Positions 1 to 9,469 of a stretch of 59,402 nucleotides of DNA are shown here, one piece after another. Below the pieces are notes generated by a model, which did not search any database, was not told the origin of the DNA, and was given only the letters and a program-made list of their open reading frames with translations. The translations under genes and the position numbers were made by a program. The stretch is from Acidimicrobiia bacterium. GTDB lineage: Bacteria; Actinomycetota; Acidimicrobiia; Spongiisociales; UBA5794. Position 1 is the first letter of the stretch, and each line of letters starts with the position of its first letter. Location: positions 1-59,402 of the forward strand of contig JASJAX010000043.1 of assembly GCA_030066755.1 (NCBI GenBank). Direction: 5' to 3'.

Positions 1-1
1 C

Positions 2-952
2 CCTCCGACCGACGCCCGGATCCTGCGAATGCTCTCCGGGACGAACCGGGCACCCGACGAGGTGATCGGCGACGTGCCGCCCAACCTGGCTCCGATCACC
101 GTCGAAAAGGTCGCCGTCAACGCCGTGCTGGCCGGATGCACGCCGGAGTACATGCCCGTGGTTCTCACTGCCCTCGAAGCGGCGCTCGATCCGATGTTCA
201 CGATGCACGGTCTGTTGTGCACGACCTGCTTCTCGTCCCCGATCGTCATCGTGAACGGGCCGGTTGCGCAGGAGATTGGGATGAACTCGGGCATGAATGC
301 GCTCGGACAGGGCAACCGTGCCAACGCCACGATCGGGCGAGCCCTGCAACTCATCGTCCGCAACGTCGGGGGAGGAATCCCCGGAGACCTCGATCGCGCC
401 ACACTCGGCGGACCCGGGAAGTACACGTTCTGCTTCGCAGAGGACGAAAGCGACCCCGACTGGACGCCGCTGTCCGTTGCCCGCGGGTTGGAGCCGGGCA
501 CGAGTGCAGTGACGCTGTTCCAGGGTGACGGCATCCAAGGTGTCATCGATCAACGTTCTCGATCCGCAGAGGAGCTCACCCGCTCACTTGCGATGGCGCT
601 CTTGGCCGTGGGCCACCCGAAGCTGGCGGAGTTCACCAATGCGATGCTCGTGCTCTCGCCCGAGCACTACCGGGTGTTTGCCTCGGAAGGCTGGGATCGG
701 GCGCGGATCGAACAAGCACTCCACGCCGAGCTCCTCCGACCCGGACGAGATCTCGTTCAGGGCGCCCATGGGGTTGGGGAGGGCATCGACCCGTCACGTG
801 TCGATGAGACCGTGCCGAAGTTCTGGCCTGATGGGTTGCTGATCGTCCGAGCCGGCGGTTCGGCCGGGATGTACTCGGCGATCTGTGCAGGTTGGACCGG
901 AGGGCGATTCCGTCATGAATCGCAGCCAGTGACCAAGGAGGTCACCGTATGA
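2..952 (+). CDS. Conserved protein of the family found next to UGSC (seleno)proteins; 5' end lies outside the window
   Basis: Frame is open from base 2 (PPTDARILRML...). Motifs TVEKVAVNAVLAGC, GNRANATIGRAL and GKYTFCFAE. Stop overlaps the next ATG (ATGA at 949-952). Confidence 0.75.
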   Translation, partial: PPTDARILRMLSGTNRAPDEVIGDVPPNLAPITVEKVAVNAVLAGCTPEYMPVVLTALEAALDPMFTMHGLLCTTCFSSPIVIVNGPVAQEIGMNSGMNALGQGNRANATIGRALQLIVRNVGGGIPGDLDRATLGGPGKYTFCFAEDESDPDWTPLSVARGLEPGTSAVTLFQGDGIQGVIDQRSRSAEELTRSLAMALLAVGHPKLAEFTNAMLVLSPEHYRVFASEGWDRARIEQALHAELLRPGRDLVQGAHGVGEGIDPSRVDETVPKFWPDGLLIVRAGGSAGMYSAICAGWTGGRFRHESQPVTKEVTV

Positions 953-1467
953 GCAACGAGCCGCTGCGGGATCCGACCGCGGAGACATCGGGTCTTCGAC
1001 GACCCCGGCAAGAACGTCTGCCATCGCTCGACGGGCGGTCGATTGCACTCCTCGATATCGGCAAGATGCGAGGCGACGAGTTTGTTGCCCGTCTCGAGCA
1101 ACTCTTCGCCGGGTCCGGGTTCGCGACCCGGACCTATCGGAAGCCCACCAACGCCCGTGTCGCACCCGTCGAGTTGCTCCAGCAGATTGCCCGGGAGAAT
1201 CACGCCGTCGTACTGGCACTCTCGGATTGAGGATCGTGCACGTCGTGCAGTTCGCACGACCTTCGCCAACTTGATGATCGCGGGCTCGTCGGCGTGAACG
1301 TCATCACCACGGAGTTCGTGGTTGCGTTCGAGTCGCAATGCGACGCACTCGGCTACGACGGCGCAGCCGTCGTTGTGCCGCATCCCATCCAGAATCGGCA
1401 GACGGCGGAGATCGCAGCTCTCGCCGACGAGGCGTTTCCCGCGATCATCGCTGCGCTCGCCGATTGA
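949..1467 (+). CDS. UGSC-family selenoprotein, 172 aa with Sec at TGA 1228-1230
   Basis: The ORF track stops at ...VLALSD, but the frame continues GSCTSCSSHDLRQLDDRGLVGVNVITTEF...VPHPIQNR...AALAD to TGA 1465-1467, giving D-U-G-S-C. A SECIS-like hairpin follows the UGA. Confidence 0.9.
1242..1260 (+). promoter_or_regulatory. Bacterial SECIS element
   Basis: Perfect 7-bp stem GTCGTGC/GCACGAC with loop AGTTC (G at loop position 2), starting 11 nt after the in-frame TGA. Confidence 0.8.
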
Positions 1468-1477
1468 GTTCCGAGAG

Positions 1478-2428
1478 ATGGGAGCGTCGTATTCTGGTTT
1501 GGTGCCGTTCAGCGAAGAACCTCTGACCAACGAGAACCTCGATGAGGTGATCGCGTTCTTTCGGGCCTCCAACCCGTTTGCCCAGCGAACCTGGGGTTGG
1601 GACACGGGACGCTTCATGGATTGGCGGTGGGGATCGAACATCCACTCGGAGCGGGAAACACCGGGTTGGTTCTCGACCCAGTGCCGGGTGCTCCGCAACG
1701 GCAGGGAGATCGTCGCAGTGGCGCTCGCCGAGACGGGGCGAGGAGATGTGTGCGTCATCACGCCGGCGGAGGCTCCCAGCCTCGTGCGCGAAGTGATCGA
1801 ATGGCTGCCCGCCTCGCCGTTGGCAGCCCCCGGCAATCCGATCCGGCTCGAGAGCAGCAAGTCCGCTGAGTGGCTCCGCAGCGTGCTCACCGGTGCCGGC
1901 GCGGTCGAGGAACCGAATACCGGAGTCGAGTGGGAGTACGACCTCGAGGCCGTGTCGACCGACGTTTCGGTCCCCGACGGGTTCCGTATCGAGTCACTGG
2001 CCGCTGGCGATGCCGTAGGTCGCAGCGCGATCAGTGATTGCATCCGGGCGGCCTTCGGGACGGACCACGACGTCTCGCCAACGCTCGAGAGCATCGAATC
2101 GAACCCGATGTATCGGCCGGAACTGAGCGTGTATGCCAAGGCGCCAGACGGCACCGTTGCCGCGTATTGCCGGGGCACCGCAGATTCGGAGAACGGCGTG
2201 TGCGGCATCGATCCGGTGTGTACGCACCCGGACTACGGGCGGTTGGGGCTTGCCAAAGCGGTGGTGCGCACCTGCTTCGCGACACAACGTCGCCTCGGCG
2301 GCCGCTTCTCCTTCATCGGATCGGCACCGGAGCCGGAGCCGTCCACCTTCCTGTATCGCTCGCTCGGTCCGAGTCGGGCGCAACCGGGTTCTACCTGGAC
2401 GCTCCCGGCTACCCTCACGGCTCCATGA
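1478..2428 (+). CDS. GNAT-family N-acetyltransferase
   Basis: C-terminal acetyl-CoA motif IDPVCTHPDYGRLGLAKAVV and LYRSLG. Start is ATG 1478 or GTG 1502. Confidence 0.75.
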   Translation: MGASYSGLVPFSEEPLTNENLDEVIAFFRASNPFAQRTWGWDTGRFMDWRWGSNIHSERETPGWFSTQCRVLRNGREIVAVALAETGRGDVCVITPAEAPSLVREVIEWLPASPLAAPGNPIRLESSKSAEWLRSVLTGAGAVEEPNTGVEWEYDLEAVSTDVSVPDGFRIESLAAGDAVGRSAISDCIRAAFGTDHDVSPTLESIESNPMYRPELSVYAKAPDGTVAAYCRGTADSENGVCGIDPVCTHPDYGRLGLAKAVVRTCFATQRRLGGRFSFIGSAPEPEPSTFLYRSLGPSRAQPGSTWTLPATLTAP

Positions 2429-3777
2429 CCCCACCTCCCAACGGCCCCACCGTCTGGCTCACGACGCTTGGGTGCTCGAAGAACCAGGTCGATTCCGACA
2501 AGGTGACCGCCATGCTCGACGGCGCCGGATACGCCGCCGCCGCAACGGCCGAGGACGCCGATGTCGTGATGGTCAACACCTGTGCGTTCATCGAGGCAGC
2601 GCGGCAGGAGAGTATCGACACGATCCTCGAGGCGGCGGAGACGAAGCGTGAGGATGCCCGCCTCGTGGTGCTCGGCTGTATGGCCCAGCGCTACGAGACG
2701 GAGTTGGTCGAAGCGTTGCCCGAAGCCGACGCTGTGATCGGCCTCGATCGTTACACCGAGCTCGTCGACCGCCTCGACACGATGACAAACTGGCAGCCGA
2801 TCCGGATCCGGCCCGCTCCGACGTCGCACATGGACATCCTCTACCAAGTGAAGCGGCCGACGCCGTCCACCCCGTTCGCCTACGTGAAGGTCGCCGAAGG
2901 GTGCGACAAGCCGTGCACGTTCTGCGCAATCCCGCTGTTTCGCGGGAAGCAGCGGTCCCGCTCACCGGTGAACATCCGGGAAGAGATCGCCTCGTTGACC
3001 GAGGCCGGAGTCGGGGAGATCGTGCTCGTTGCACAGGACCTCGCTGCCTACGGACGAGACATCGGCGCCCCATCGGATGGCACAACCCCGGGAATCGTGG
3101 ACCTGCTGCGATTCGTGACCGATGTCGACGGCCTCCGGCGGCTGCGTCTCTACTACCTCTACCCCCGTGAGATCCGCCCCGCCTTGATCGAAGAGATGGC
3201 CGGCAATCCGCGCATTGCCGACTACTTCGATCTCTCGCTCCAACACGCCTCGGCGCCACTGCTGCGCGCGATGAAGCGGCCGGGGTCCGGCTCGAAGCAT
3301 CTCGAGCTGATCGAGCGGATCCGTGACGCCGCCCCGCAGGCGACGCTCCGTTCGAGCTTCATCGTCGGCTTCCCAGGTGAGACCGACGCCGATGTCGAGC
3401 AGCTCGCCGAGTTCCTCGACGCGGCCCAACTCGACTGGGCGGGGTTCTTCCCGTTCTCGCCCGAGGAGGGCACGCCCGCAGCCGAATTCGAGGCCCAGGT
3501 GCCGGAGCCGGAGAAGCAGGAACGTCTCCGCTATCTGCACAGCATCCAGGAAGACATCACCACCTCGCGGAACCTGGCGCAACGCGGCCGGATCCTCGAC
3601 GTGCTCGTCGACCAGGTCGAATCCGACCAGCCGGTCGGGCGAAGCTACCGGGAGGCGCCTGAGATCGACGGTGTGATTCTGCTCGACCGCGGAGCGCCCG
3701 GGCAGTGGGTGCGGGCGGAAATCACCGGCGGCTACGGCACCGACCTCGTCGGGGAAGTCGTCGGAGGCGCAGCGTGA
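2425..3777 (+). CDS. rimO: Ribosomal protein S12 methylthiotransferase
   Basis: TLGCSKNQVDS, VNTCAFIEAARQES, radical-SAM motif EGCDKPCTFC, C-terminal TRAM region with APEIDG. ATGA overlap with the upstream gene. Confidence 0.95.
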   Translation: MTPPPNGPTVWLTTLGCSKNQVDSDKVTAMLDGAGYAAAATAEDADVVMVNTCAFIEAARQESIDTILEAAETKREDARLVVLGCMAQRYETELVEALPEADAVIGLDRYTELVDRLDTMTNWQPIRIRPAPTSHMDILYQVKRPTPSTPFAYVKVAEGCDKPCTFCAIPLFRGKQRSRSPVNIREEIASLTEAGVGEIVLVAQDLAAYGRDIGAPSDGTTPGIVDLLRFVTDVDGLRRLRLYYLYPREIRPALIEEMAGNPRIADYFDLSLQHASAPLLRAMKRPGSGSKHLELIERIRDAAPQATLRSSFIVGFPGETDADVEQLAEFLDAAQLDWAGFFPFSPEEGTPAAEFEAQVPEPEKQERLRYLHSIQEDITTSRNLAQRGRILDVLVDQVESDQPVGRSYREAPEIDGVILLDRGAPGQWVRAEITGGYGTDLVGEVVGGAA

Positions 3778-5075
3778 TCGTCGAAACGCTTGCGGTCGGC
3801 ACCGAGCTGTTACTCGGCCAGATCGTCAACACCAACGCGACGGAGATCGCCGTTCGGCTGGCCGATGCCGGGCTCGACCACCATCACCAATCGGTGGTCG
3901 GCGACAACGTCGATCGCCTGGCCGAGGCCATCCAGACGGCGCTCGGGCGTGCCGATGCGGTGATCATCACCGGCGGCATTGGACCGACGCAGGACGACCT
4001 GACCCGTGATGCCATCTGTGCGGCTGCCGGGGTGTCGATGGCGTACGACGACGAATATGCCGACCATCTCCGCGCCTGGTGGTCGCGCCGCGGACGGGAG
4101 ATGCCCTCGTCGAACCTCAAGCAGGCCGAATACCCGGACGGTGCCGAGCGGATACCGAACCGGAAGGGGACGGCTCCGGGTCTGGCGCTCTCGACCGACT
4201 CGGGGTGGATCTTCGCGGTGCCCGGGGTACCGGCCGAGATGCTGCCGATGATCGACGGCCACATCATTCCGCTCCTGCAGCGCGAGGCCGGCGGCGACGA
4301 CGCAGTCGTCGTCAGTCGGCTGCTCCGCACCTGGGGCGAGTCGGAGTCCCGGGTCGGGGAGCTCTTCGCCGATCTGTTCGAGACGTCAACGAATCCGACC
4401 GTTGCATTCCTTGCTTCCGCCGGCGAGATCAAGATCCGGCTGACGGCCAAGGCTGCAACGGACGACGAAGCGCGCGCGCTGATCGCGCCCGTCGAAGCCG
4501 AGGTGCGACGCCGAATGGGAGCCAAGGTCTTCGGTGCCGATGACGAAACCATCGAGCACGTCGTATTGCGTCGACTGGAGGAGTTGGGCTGGACCCTCGG
4601 TACTGCGGAGTCGGCGACCGGAGGACTCATCTCGGCGAGGATCACCGCGGTCCCGGGCGCTTCGACCGTGTTTCGAGGTGGCATCGTCGCCTATGCCACC
4701 GACATCAAACACGGCGTCCTCGGTGTCGCCGACCACCTGATCGAGGAGCACGGCGTCGTCAGCGAGGAAGTGGCCTGTGTCATGGCGTCTCATGCCGCCG
4801 ACGTCCTCGGCGCCGATGTCGTCATCTCGGTCACTGGGTCGGCCGGGCCCGACCCACAGGAGCGCACGGCAGGGACGATGATCGTCGGCGTTCACACGCC
4901 CGATCAGGTGCTGGCCAAGACCTTGTTCATGCCGGGAGATCGTGAACGAGTTCGGGCCTACACCACGACAGCAGCGCTCCATCTGGCTCGACTGGCGCTC
5001 ACCGGGGTGTGGTGGGGAGGCTCGAAGGACGAGGCCTCCGGGCTCGACCGCTGGATGCGGCCGGGCGGCTCATGA
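3774..5075 (+). CDS. cinA: Competence/damage-inducible protein CinA (MoCF domain plus NMN deamidase)
   Basis: AVGTELLLGQIVNTN, GGIGPTQDDLT, PGVPAEM, TAESATGG. GTG start overlaps the rimO stop. Confidence 0.95.
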   Translation: MIVETLAVGTELLLGQIVNTNATEIAVRLADAGLDHHHQSVVGDNVDRLAEAIQTALGRADAVIITGGIGPTQDDLTRDAICAAAGVSMAYDDEYADHLRAWWSRRGREMPSSNLKQAEYPDGAERIPNRKGTAPGLALSTDSGWIFAVPGVPAEMLPMIDGHIIPLLQREAGGDDAVVVSRLLRTWGESESRVGELFADLFETSTNPTVAFLASAGEIKIRLTAKAATDDEARALIAPVEAEVRRRMGAKVFGADDETIEHVVLRRLEELGWTLGTAESATGGLISARITAVPGASTVFRGGIVAYATDIKHGVLGVADHLIEEHGVVSEEVACVMASHAADVLGADVVISVTGSAGPDPQERTAGTMIVGVHTPDQVLAKTLFMPGDRERVRAYTTTAALHLARLALTGVWWGGSKDEASGLDRWMRPGGS

Positions 5076-5632
5076 CGGCCGGCGACCGTCGGCGACTGTT
5101 CCTGGCGGTTGGACTCGATGCGTCGACACGGTCGGTGCTCGCAGCCCACCTCGAAGCTCAGGGTGCCGCTGCGTGGCCGGATCGACTGGTGGTTCCCGAC
5201 AACTGGCACGTGACCCTGAGGTTTCTCGGATGGACCGATGGTGTCCAGCGAGACCGCGTCATGCACTCGCTCGCCGATGCGGACCTCCCGGCGGCGTTCC
5301 GTATTCGGTTTGGGTCCTTGGGAGCGTTCCCCAAACCCCGCCGGGCGACGGTGACGTGGGTCGGCGTCGAATCGGGCACAGCCGAACTCTCCCGGCTCGC
5401 CGACGCCGCAGAGCACGCTGCGCAGACGGTCGGTTTCGCCCCGGAGGAGCGACCGTTTCACCCTCATCTCACGGTCGGTCGCGTCCGTCCACCGGTTGAC
5501 GTGACCCAGCGGCTCGACCGCTTCGAACCGTGCAACGTCGTCATGGTCGTCGACCGGATCACGCTCTTCGAGAGCCATCTCGAGCGCGGCGGAGCGCGGT
5601 ACGAACGCCTCGATGAGATCGTGCTGAGCTGA
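5072..5632 (+). CDS. thpR: RNA 2',3'-cyclic phosphodiesterase (2H phosphoesterase)
   Basis: RLFLAV and two HxT motifs (WHVTLRFLG, FHPHLTVGR); usual position after cinA. Confidence 0.92.
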   Translation: MTAGDRRRLFLAVGLDASTRSVLAAHLEAQGAAAWPDRLVVPDNWHVTLRFLGWTDGVQRDRVMHSLADADLPAAFRIRFGSLGAFPKPRRATVTWVGVESGTAELSRLADAAEHAAQTVGFAPEERPFHPHLTVGRVRPPVDVTQRLDRFEPCNVVMVVDRITLFESHLERGGARYERLDEIVLS

Positions 5633-5635
5633 CGA

Positions 5636-6058
5636 TCAGATCAGCGTCGTCCAGCCGTCGTCCCAATCCTCGTGCTCCGGGGCATGCTTGCGGATCGCGC
5701 GGCTGCAATCGATACAGATCCGCGTGTCCGGGAGCGCCCGCAGCCGCACCAGCGGGATTGCGTCTCCGCACGTGGCGCACTCTCCGTACGTGCCGTCCGC
5801 AATCCGTTCCAGCGCTGCGGTCGTCGAGGCCAAGGCTCGGCGTGCCTGCGCCAGAAGGAGCCGGTCGGTGCCGAGGTCGGCGTCGTCGACGGACGACTCG
5901 TCGAGCAAATCGCTGCAATCGCGGTGTTCGGCTGCATCGGTGAGCTCGAGTTGTAAGGACTCGAGGCATCGACAGATGGCATCCCGTCGGGCCATCAGTT
6001 GAGCGGACAGGCGGTCGAGGGTCCTCTCAGAGAACCGTGTATGCAGTGTCCCAACCAT
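5636..6058 (-). CDS. TraR/DksA C4 zinc-finger protein
   Basis: ALERIADGTYGECATCGDAIPLVRLRALPDTRICIDC. GGGGGT lies before ATG 6058. Confidence 0.85.
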   Translation of the reverse strand: MVGTLHTRFSERTLDRLSAQLMARRDAICRCLESLQLELTDAAEHRDCSDLLDESSVDDADLGTDRLLLAQARRALASTTAALERIADGTYGECATCGDAIPLVRLRALPDTRICIDCSRAIRKHAPEHEDWDDGWTTLI

Positions 6059-6205
6059 CGCTACCCCCGTTCGACGTGGACATGGTCTCGACGAGGGGTT
6101 GTTCCCGCAGCCCAAGCGGGTCATCCCGTGTGTGGAATTTGTGCCACATCCTGGGCGAACCCGCTAGGGGCAGGGGACCCGATGATTTGGGACGTCGCTG
6201 TCGCG

Positions 6206-7168
6206 TCAGGCGTCGTTGCGCGTTGCCGGAATCCGTCCGAGACGGCCGGCCTCGAAGTCGTCGAACGCAGCCACGATCTCGGCACGGGTGTTCATGACGA
6301 ACGGGCCGTACCAAGCCACCGGCTCTCGGATCGGCTGTCCACCGAGGATGAGGACGTCCATCTCCGGGCTGCGCGACTCCTGTGACTCGTTGGCGGTGAC
6401 CGTGATGGCATCGCCCGGGCCGAAGACTCCGAGCTGGCCGAACTGGATCGGTGTCGCCTCCGAGCCGAGCGTCCCGTGTCCATTGAGGACGTAGACGAGC
6501 GCGTTATAGGACGGATCCCACGGGAGATCGAGCCGAGCACCGGGGCTGAGCGTTGCGTGCACCATCGTCATCGGCGTGTGGGTGCTGCCGGGGCCATCGT
6601 GACCCGCAACGCGGCCTGCGATGACTCGCAGCAGCGTGCCGCCGTCCGGCGTCGTGAGCAGTGTCACGTCGGCACCCTCGAGGTCCTGGTAGCGGGGGTC
6701 GATGAACTTGTCCTTCGCCGGGAGATTGACCCACAGCTGAAACCCGTGGAACAGGCCGCCGGACATCACCAGGTGCTCCGGTGGAGTCTCGATGTGCAGG
6801 AGGCCCGACCCTGCGGTCATCCACTGGGTGTCGCCGTTGCTGATGACGCCACCGCCACCCTCGGAGTCCTGGTGCTCCATGATCCCGTCGATCATGTACG
6901 TGACCGTCTCGAATCCGCGGTGGGGGTGCCACGGCGTGCCTTTGGGCTCGCCGGGGGCGTACTCCACCTCGCCCATTTGATCGAGGTGGATGAACGGGTC
7001 CAGGTCGGCGAGGTCGACGCCAGCAAAGGCGCGCCGCACCGGGAATCCCTCACCCTCGTATCCCTGGGGAGCCGTTGTGATCTGCTTCACGCGACGCGGG
7101 GCCGCAGTGAGGTCGGTCGCAGGGATGCGGGGGAGCGTCAACGGATCGTCGACGGAGATGGCGGGCAT
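6206..7168 (-). CDS. Pirin family protein
   Basis: LDPFIHLDQMG, WHPHRGFETVTY, QWMTAGSGLLHIE, YGPFVMNT. GAAGGA RBS before ATG 7168. Confidence 0.93.
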   Translation of the reverse strand: MPAISVDDPLTLPRIPATDLTAAPRRVKQITTAPQGYEGEGFPVRRAFAGVDLADLDPFIHLDQMGEVEYAPGEPKGTPWHPHRGFETVTYMIDGIMEHQDSEGGGGVISNGDTQWMTAGSGLLHIETPPEHLVMSGGLFHGFQLWVNLPAKDKFIDPRYQDLEGADVTLLTTPDGGTLLRVIAGRVAGHDGPGSTHTPMTMVHATLSPGARLDLPWDPSYNALVYVLNGHGTLGSEATPIQFGQLGVFGPGDAITVTANESQESRSPEMDVLILGGQPIREPVAWYGPFVMNTRAEIVAAFDDFEAGRLGRIPATRNDA

Positions 7169-7202
7169 AGGTGACCGTCCTTCGTAGGTGAGCTCTGTAG
7201 TA

Positions 7203-7216
7203 GTTACAAGTGTAAC
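7203..7216. promoter_or_regulatory. Palindromic operator, probable MarR site
   Basis: GTTACAagTGTAAC upstream of the first pirin; a similar site lies at 8989-9002. Confidence 0.55.
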
Positions 7217-7318
7217 GACATTGCGAGTATTCCCGGATGACACAAACCTCTGGGAATTCGCGGGTCGGTCTGGGTACGCTGGAGAAGTCGAGAGGGGCGG
7301 ACAGGAGGACATGGGGGA

Positions 7319-7912
7319 ATGGGCAATCTCGCCAAGCCGCTTGGGGTGATCGTTGGGGCGATCCTCGTATTCCGCGGTTCGTACTTGACCTGGGTTTCGG
7401 TGGACGTCGGTTTCGCCACGTTCTCCACAACCGGGACCGAGACGACCGACGGCGAGCTGACGCTCGCCGCAGCCAGGGTCATGTTTGTCGCCGGACTCGC
7501 GCTGCTCCTCCGCGGACGGGCGCAACTCGCAGTGGCTTTCGTCGGCTTGGTCGTGGCCGGGCATGCCGCCGTCGTGCTCGTGACCGACTATTCCGATATG
7601 CCGGGCTTGCAGGTGTGGTCGACGGCCGTGTTGGTTGCGGCTGTGATTGTTGGCGGTCTCGTATTGCTCGCCCGCAACCGAGGCGAACTCACCGCAGCGC
7701 TCGTGGGCTTTGTAGCTGCGGGATACGCCGCCATCGTGTTGGTGAATGACTACATGGATGTGCGGCAGCGAATCGCAGAATCGGGCGATCAGGCGTCGGC
7801 AACTGTTGGCCTCGGCGTGTGGCTCACTGGAATCGGGTCCCTGATCGCTCTGGGCATGCTCATCTGGGCGATCTGGAGCGCGATGCGCACAGATCAGGAA
7901 GCGCTCGTCTAG
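7319..7912 (+). CDS. Multi-pass membrane protein with an internal duplication
   Basis: About six hydrophobic segments. The unit LLLRGRAQLAVAFVGLVVAGHAAVVLVTDYSDM recurs as LLARNRGELTAALVGFVAAGYAAIVLVNDYMDV. Confidence 0.7.
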   Translation: MGNLAKPLGVIVGAILVFRGSYLTWVSVDVGFATFSTTGTETTDGELTLAAARVMFVAGLALLLRGRAQLAVAFVGLVVAGHAAVVLVTDYSDMPGLQVWSTAVLVAAVIVGGLVLLARNRGELTAALVGFVAAGYAAIVLVNDYMDVRQRIAESGDQASATVGLGVWLTGIGSLIALGMLIWAIWSAMRTDQEALV

Positions 7913-7923
7913 GTCGTCGACGC

Positions 7924-8946
7924 TCAGCGAACCGATTGCATCTCGCGGTGTTCGATGGTGCCGTCGGCGTGTAGTGCGAACCGCCCGTCGGTCCGATCGT
8001 GCACCGGGCTCGGTGTCGACCACGGCCATCCGCCGAACTGCGTCCGCCGATAGTCGTCGTACGCCTGTTGCAGTTCCTCCGGCGTGTTCATCACGAAGGG
8101 GCCCATCTGGAACACCGGGGCACCGATCGGCCTGCCTTGGAGGATGAGCGCCTCGACGGGCAACGATGTGCGGTTCTCGACGGGTACGGGCGAGCCGACC
8201 TCGAGCTGGGCACCGACGTTGGTGCCGACCGAGGTTCCGGCGACGGTGAGCTCGGGGCCGTCGAAGACGTGGAGCATTCGATTGACCTCCGGCGACGCGG
8301 CCGGGAGCTGCCAGCTCGCACCGGGATCGAGCCGAAGGAGCCAGATTCCCAACTCCGACTCGGAGCGTGCGCCCCATGAATTGGGTGGGGGAGGCGGCGC
8401 CGTCGCTCCGTCGATGGTACCGGCCATCACGTCGACCGAGACGCCGGACGCAGGCTGCAGCGTGGGGATGTCCTCGCTCCAGAGGATCGAGAAGTGGGCG
8501 TCGACCATCTTCGAGTCGGGCGGCAGGTTGAGCCAGATCTGGAAGAGCTCGAGGGGATTGTCGCGATCGTCGTGGATCAGCGGGAACATCTCGGCGTGCA
8601 TGATGCCGCTGCCGGTGGTGAGCCATTGGACATCGCCTCCGCCGTAGCGAGCGGTTGCGCCCAGCGAGTCGCTGTGGTCGACGTAGCCACGACGCACGAC
8701 GGTGACGGTCTCGAACCCGCGATGGGGATGCTGCGGAAACCCGGGAACAGTGTCGCCGTGGTACATCGACCACCCGTCCTTGTAGGAGAAGTCCGATCCG
8801 ATGCGGCGGCCCGCCAGGGATGCGGCCGGACCCTGCTGGGCATTCCCGGCCGGGTAGTGGTCGACGTGATGCACCGTGAAGATGAACGGGTCGATTCCGG
8901 TCCACGGGAATCCGAGTTGCACGAGTTCTCTGATGGGGTGCGCCAC
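7924..8946 (-). CDS. Pirin family protein, second subtype
   Basis: DPFIFTVHH, GFPQHPHRGFETVT, QWLTTGSGIMHAEMFP, GPFVMNT. AAGGAG RBS before GTG 8946. Confidence 0.92.
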   Translation of the reverse strand: MAHPIRELVQLGFPWTGIDPFIFTVHHVDHYPAGNAQQGPAASLAGRRIGSDFSYKDGWSMYHGDTVPGFPQHPHRGFETVTVVRRGYVDHSDSLGATARYGGGDVQWLTTGSGIMHAEMFPLIHDDRDNPLELFQIWLNLPPDSKMVDAHFSILWSEDIPTLQPASGVSVDVMAGTIDGATAPPPPPNSWGARSESELGIWLLRLDPGASWQLPAASPEVNRMLHVFDGPELTVAGTSVGTNVGAQLEVGSPVPVENRTSLPVEALILQGRPIGAPVFQMGPFVMNTPEELQQAYDDYRRTQFGGWPWSTPSPVHDRTDGRFALHADGTIEHREMQSVR

Positions 8947-8988
8947 GGGTGTACTCCTTGCTGCGTGCCGCCAGGCTACCGACATCTG

Positions 8989-9017
8989 ATTGCAACTGTA
9001 ACGATCGTGATACCATT
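8989..9017 (+). promoter_or_regulatory. Operator overlapping a probable promoter for a (near-)leaderless marR
   Basis: ATTGCAACTGTAAC resembles the 7203 palindrome. TTGCAA (8990) and TACCAT (9012) precede ATG 9023. Confidence 0.5.
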
Positions 9018-9022
9018 CCCCG

Positions 9023-9469
9023 ATGAAGGTTCCGGTGATCGTCCGCCAGGCCATGGACGCATGGCGGCTCCTCCTCGAGGTGCACCACGAGCTCACGCAC
9101 GAAATGGATCGTGAGCTTCGTGAAGCCCACGGGCTGCGCCTCGATTGGTACGACGTGCTGGTGCAACTCAACGCAGCGGGCGGGCGTCTGCGGATGCACG
9201 AACTCGCCGACGCCACGCTCTTCTCCCGCACGGACTGCACCCGCATCGTCGATCGAATGGAACGTGCGGGGCTCGTGGTTCGTGAGCGCGCCACCGAGGA
9301 CGGACGCGGGGTCTACGCGGCGCTGACCTCCGCGGGCAGCAGGATGCTTCGCGAAGCCGCGGTCACTCACGTCCGGAGCATCGAACAGCGATTCACCGGC
9401 CTCCTCAGCGAAGCCGAGGCAGCCACGATGGCCGCAGCGTTCCGGCGAGTACTGACGACCGACGACTGA
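9023..9469 (+). CDS. MarR-family transcriptional regulator
   Basis: WYDVLVQL, LRMHELADATLFSR, VDRMERAGLVVR, DGRGVYAALT. Divergent from the second pirin. Confidence 0.92.
   Translation: MKVPVIVRQAMDAWRLLLEVHHELTHEMDRELREAHGLRLDWYDVLVQLNAAGGRLRMHELADATLFSRTDCTRIVDRMERAGLVVRERATEDGRGVYAALTSAGSRMLREAAVTHVRSIEQRFTGLLSEAEAATMAAAFRRVLTTDD

Noticed and set aside
2038-2424. Long N-terminal extensions in the ORF track (rimO, and similarly lexA, dut, malQ, nrdR, GH3)
   Set aside because: The extensions overlap neighbouring genes or promoters; family homology and RBS or stop-start overlaps point to the downstream starts used here.
6206-9370. 1054-aa ORF that looks like a giant pirin fusion
   Set aside because: Only the last 320 aa are pirin, with their own RBS at 7168. 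The rest is an off-frame or antisense overlap of three real genes, a high-GC artefact.
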